Source: Catajapyx aquilonaris (Eukaryota). From it: a stretch of DNA of 26,696 bases. This document shows positions 21,475 through 26,696 of this stretch, one piece after another; position 1 is the stretch's first letter; each line of letters opens with the position of its first letter. The position numbers and the translations under genes are program-made. The DNA lies in assembly GCA_000934665.2 (NCBI GenBank), contig KZ538402.1, positions 62,001 through 88,696 on the forward strand, in the 5' to 3' direction. The notes under the pieces are model-generated. The model saw only the letters and a program-made list of their open reading frames with translations. It had not been told where the DNA came from and did not search any database.

Positions 21475-23517
21475 AATAATTGTTCGATATATTTTAAACC
21501 AAGACTATAACAATCTGTCGAGATCAAAACAATAGTTTTTTTACCGCCTCTAAACCGGGTGTCGATCCAACCCGTTTTTTTTTTTTTACAACAAGTTTTT
21601 TGGTGGAGGCATGGACCACACTAATGGCCTATTTAAGCCTAATTCAAATTCGATGTCGGACAGTCCCGGGGAGGTCCGTATATTTAGAACCCGGGACATA
21701 AAATATTGAACCCGGATTTACCTTTCGGATGTGCCCCAATATTTTCGCGGCCCTCTTAAAATAGTTTTAGGGGGAGTGTGTTTTTAGTTTCCGCGCCTGT
21801 GTTTTGGAGTGTGCGAACATGGGCGCATGTGCACCGTTGGGTTGACAAGTACGGTGTGGGCAAGGCAGGCATCCACGTGCTGCCCGAATCGATGGTAGTT
21901 TTGGTCCGCAGACAGAGAGGCCAAGTCCTCAGTCCATCGGGGCACAGCCGACGCGACGGTTGCTCCTTGAGGTGTAGGTGACACACAACACACTGCCACG
22001 TGGCTTTTTTCACACTTGTGTGACCTAGGTCTATAGGTTTATATCAGGCGCGGGTGAATAAATTGGATGCGATCCATTGCATCCAACCCAAAAAATTTAG
22101 GACGCTAAAAAGAATGGAGGAGGATGACCCTTCTCTGTGGTCCGAACACGCCTCGGCTGGGTGAAATATGAGAGAAATGGCGGCTGCAAATTGCGGGGCT
22201 TCAAGGCGTCGGAATGTGCGGAATTCCCGTACACCGTCCTCGGACACCTTGCTGTACTGAGATATAAACCATCGGGGGAACTGTATGTAGCTCAGTGCCA
22301 TTAGATTCGTATAGTTTGAAAATTTTTAAAGTGGACGATTTGTTAATTGAACGCAACTGTGCCATGTCTGTTGTATGGGGGTCATACGTTGACCTCTGAT
22401 TGGACCCAGAGGAATGAAGACTGTGGGTGGGTGGGTGACTAAAACTAAAGGGGTCCACTGCTGGAAAGGACAGGGGATGATGGATGAGGTTCCATGGTGG
22501 AGGTCGCGACCCTACCGTCGCCTGTGACAGATTCCATGCCCCTTGGGACATCCCCGGACAACAGAGGTCCTTCCTCCTAACTGCACTTATGTAAGTACAT
22601 TCTTACTCCTACTGTATATCTACATAGCGCAACAGGTGTGGACTCAAAAATTTCGGTTTGACACCAGCAAAATCCTGTTGATCAAGCAACAGTAAAAATC
22701 TTTAACGCTCTCTTCAAAAAAAAAACAGAGAGCTTCTGGCCAAAAAGCTTAAAAGCGGGCAATCAAAGTTCACCGCTGCGATTATGGCCGAGAGTCGCAG
22801 GCAAATAAATCCAGGAACGGAACATTTGCCTCTCGCTCAGCTGAGAGCCATGAAAAGCAACGAGGACTTCGCTTTATGAATCTCCTAGGGCCAAATGAGA
22901 TTTGTCTCCGCAAAAAAAAGGAGAGAGGGGGGATGGTAGTGTGCAAAAAAAAAGGAAAAACATCCCACCGAAGGATGTTGAAAACATGCGGCGTTGCACC
23001 TGCACAATGGAGATCCGATCTCTAAAGCGGGGATTTGTAAGCGGATTATAAGTCCACATGGATAGTTTATCAATCGCAACAACCGAACACATGCTGGTGT
23101 TTTGAAGTTATCTCTTGGCGATAACTGCTGAATGACAGATATAACAGGGTTAACCCCCCAGCTAATTAAAATAAAATTCGGGAAAGGTAATCAACTAGAA
23201 AAAATATTTAATGATTGTTTGCTGATTTGCACGTTACCGCGATAGCGTACAAAAGAGAAAATTGCATAGGAAAAATTTCGCGCAAAACTAATTCCGTTTG
23301 GAAATAACGAACCAATCAAACCCTGCCAAGATGGCAGCCACAATATGACTCGTCTTACAAGTTTGGCCAATAAGAAAACCCTGCCTGGCATGCCCCAACC
23401 TCCAACCTTGGATCGCTTCTTCATTAACTCCTGTCTTCGATGGATTAGTTTCCGACGCCAAAGGCAGCTTAACCGGCATTCGCTTAATGATAGACCCATG
23501 GGGTTCCGAATTTAATT

Positions 23518-23587
23518 AGGGGCGTAGCCACGGGGAACGATCAGGGGAAGGCTCGAGATGTAGACTCTTTGCTTTTTGCCACCCCCT
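23518..23587. mobile_element. Tiny degenerate hAT-like MITE relic
   Basis: AGGGGCGTAGCCA at 23518 resembles a frequent invertebrate hAT-like terminus, with a degenerate partner TTGCCACCCCCT at 23576-23587. Confidence 0.3.
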
Positions 23588-26500
23588 TATTCTCCTGGTG
23601 TGTGTTTTTTTTGACGCCCAAGTTCCCTATTGTTGGATTAAGCCAATAAGTCAACCAAGTCGACAGACCTTGCAGGGAAGGTTCTGATATATTTTTTTTT
23701 GCTCAATGTCTCGAGAAAGTAATTGGAAGGCGTCAATGGTATTACTTTTTATGAGAATCGCTAAATAAACTTACTCTTTATTATGGATTTACACATTAAA
23801 TATTGCTGCAGGCCGCTCATTCGAACCGTACGAGCAAATTTTAGCAAAAAAATGTTTGTAAATTCGTACTGTTTTACGTGCATTTCCGATTCATATGGAC
23901 ATGAGAAAATCCTGTTTCAACTTGCCAATTTGCTTTCAAATGTCACTCAAATTAGAAAAATGGCTTAAGAATTAACCGTAGCGTCGTTGTGATAAGTGCA
24001 AATACAGTAGAAATATCCACAGCTTTAAAATATATCCAAAATTGATTGCGATTGCCATAAGAATTCATTAACTGTCGTTGGAACAAGTGCAAAATGTAGA
24101 GTAGAAATGTCAACAGCTTTAAAATTCAAAATATTTGAAAAAGCGATGATCCCATTCGCCATCAGCATTATAATTTTAAATAATCGCAACATAGTGTGAA
24201 ACGTTGGGTTGATCGACCAAATCAACAAAATTAACCGCTGACCTTATCACAATCGGTTCGTACAAAAAAATATAGCAGGTCATGGACAATGCACTCTGCA
24301 AGCGCAAAAATGTTCCGCGTACCAATTTTTTTCCATCTCTCTCTCTGGCACTCTATTAATGAAGCATACAAAAAAAAACGCGTGCCATAAAATAGAGCGG
24401 TCTATCACGCGCAACGACACCCTCTTTAGGCGATATCATGTTTATCAGCATCAGTGCCTAAGGCAGTCTAAACGAGCTGACAGAGTATTGTGCTGAAAAT
24501 AATTTAATACCGCAGTAAAATATCGACACGCTGAAGGTGATGGCCTAGTTTCCACGCCAGATTTACATGTTTCAAAACTACCCCCAGATAGTTTGTAACT
24601 CTATTGCGACTTTAGCACCTAACCTATACAAAAAATAATGGGGAAGATTTTTAAAATTATATGCAAAAATTGGCTTCTTCAACATTTTTTTTAAAAATAT
24701 TCGGTATAGGGTATGCTCTCCTCCAATTTGTACCGTGTAACCACAGTCATGTTTCCGAGGGATGAAGGGCCCCCCATAAAACCTGGGGGAAAAGTGAGTC
24801 AATTCGTGGGTCATCAGCAAGCCAACCGTTGAGAACGACGCCCGTATCCGGGGAAATTCGTCGTATTCGGGTGACTGCATCAAAAAGGTAGACCGTGGAC
24901 GAAAAAAAAACTCCGGATGTGAACTGCAATGAGAACATGACCTCGCCTCTTGAAATCGGATTAAAAACCGATTTTATGCGCCCGAGTTTTTATTATTATT
25001 ATTTTTCAAATGGACAAAACATGCTGGTGCGGGAATGGGGTTCGTATATAAGAATATAAAGCGAGCGTATACTCATTTGGCTGTTGGAGCGAAAAATTTT
25101 GTTCGCTTAACCGAATTTACAAGGGGGTCGTTTGGCCCAAACCTTGGAGCTTTTTAATTAGAGAGCAACTCTAGTGAGTGTCAACAAGGGCGCAATTGCA
25201 TAAGAGGTTAAAATAGCTCACCGTGATGAAGCAAAAGTACTGGGCAATTTCAATGGAATTTAAGAGAAGGAGGGGCCAATGGCTACAATTCACGGTACTC
25301 ATGCAAGAGTTGTGTTACCATGCTTGGGGCTTGCATGCTGTAATGTAGGTGATTTGTATAGTATGTTACACTAAAATCGTGCAACAAAAATGCTGAATTG
25401 GAACCCAGGAAATTGTATGTTGCTATACGAAAACATCCAGATGTGTTTATTGTGCTGGAATCAGGAGATGTTTACTCCAAATATAAAAAAAAGTAGCATG
25501 GAAAAATTTGAAAGATCATCCCCAATTGCAAGTCGCTACCTTGATCAGAGAGATTGTCGCAAAAATAGTACTGTAATGCAAATCTATTCCGTCATCAAAG
25601 AGAAACATGTCCTTTGAAAACTGCAGATGTAAACTCGCGGATCAAAGCAACAATACATTTCAGAAGAAAAATATATTTAATCTACTTTGAGTGATTTCCT
25701 GCTGCATACGATGCAAAATGTTGAACATTTTACTTTACACTGTGATTAATTTTAAGTCTCGCAAATTAAGCTATAGCGAATGCCCAGCATGAAATTTTTT
25801 GCGTGATATCAGATCCCTTGCAGAAACGTTTAAACTATACACTCTTGCAGTAGCAGCAGTCTATGAAACCGGGCATACCAATGCCCTTAAAAGGGTTGAC
25901 ATGAATCCTCTCTTTTTTTTGTGCATCTGGCATTCACTTGATTAAAAGTCACGCAATCAGTGTAATGTCGATCCGACAACTACAGCCATGCCACCCAATG
26001 CGTCCAATTGCCACACATGCAAACTGCAGTTGACTGATCCAAAAAAAAAACGAGCCGCGTTTTCTCCCATTTTAATTTCGCTGCAAATTTTGGTTTTTTA
26101 AAAGCAAAACAATTTTTTTTGCAACCAAAAAAAATCCGAGAGTTGCGAACATTTTTCTCTCGCAGGCTGCAATCACTCCCTCTATTTCCTACTATCTTCC
26201 AAGGAGAACAAATAAAAGACGGAACCATCCACATAATTAGCCGAGAAACGCTCGTAAATAACCAAAAAAACACAATGAAGGCCTGAAGCCAGAGGCAACG
26301 AGGAAAGAGAAATTGCTGCCATATCTGCTAAAAAGAACTGACTTTTTGCCTCGAAAAAAAAAACCGGGAACGCTCTTCACTAATTCTACGCTTTTTCACA
26401 CAAGCAAAATGCCTCTTTTTTTACTCTTCCACATTTTTAGCTCATGTATTTTTTACCCCTCTTCCAAGCTTTAAAACTTTTACTACCAGGTACGGCACAG

Positions 26501-26696
26501 TACTAGAGATGCACTGCGGTTTTATAAATGTACGTCCTATGGGACAGTGTCTGTCCTTTTTTTAAATATTATGACAGTGGTAGTCACTTTTAGTCGGTGG
26601 TGTTTTTAAAAAAAGCAGCGGTCTATCAACTTTGCGTGTAAACATAGTCGAATCATGCGGTACACCGCTTTTTATTTAATGGGACATCCCCCCCCC

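Noticed and set aside
21756..22013. IDSGST retropepsin-like motif in a minus-strand ORF
   Set aside because: A single short motif with no flanking protease context and no RT or integrase nearby.
22293..22302. AATGGCACTG (minus strand), matching the 5' end of miR-263
   Set aside because: Only about 10 nt match, the rest diverges, and I see no precursor hairpin.
26504..26514. TAGAGATGCAC hAT-like terminus
   Set aside because: No partner end or TSD within the window; it may continue past the edge but cannot be supported here.

Overview
This is eukaryotic genomic DNA, most likely from an arthropod or other protostome (inference). Only one protein-coding gene is supportable: a minus-strand, spliced, divergent ionotropic receptor (IR, variant iGluR chemoreceptor family). 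It starts at ATG 1391, has a 59-bp GT-AG intron (849..791) and runs off the left edge of the window; the ORF track misses its second exon. The remaining ~25 kb has no convincing coding sequence and is littered with short non-autonomous elements. These include two 355-bp foldback MITEs with 7-bp target-site duplications (P/Galileo-like), one of them nested inside a smaller hairpin repeat. There are also two apparently complete mini-Helitrons plus a related fragment carrying a promoter-like motif cluster, a Sola-like TIR element with TTAGG repeats, hAT-like termini, a duplicated compound trinucleotide microsatellite and an 18-N gap. I see no CRISPR array, tRNA, rRNA or operon-like novel system. 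The most interesting signals are the degenerate IR ligand and gate motifs and the architecture of the mobile elements.
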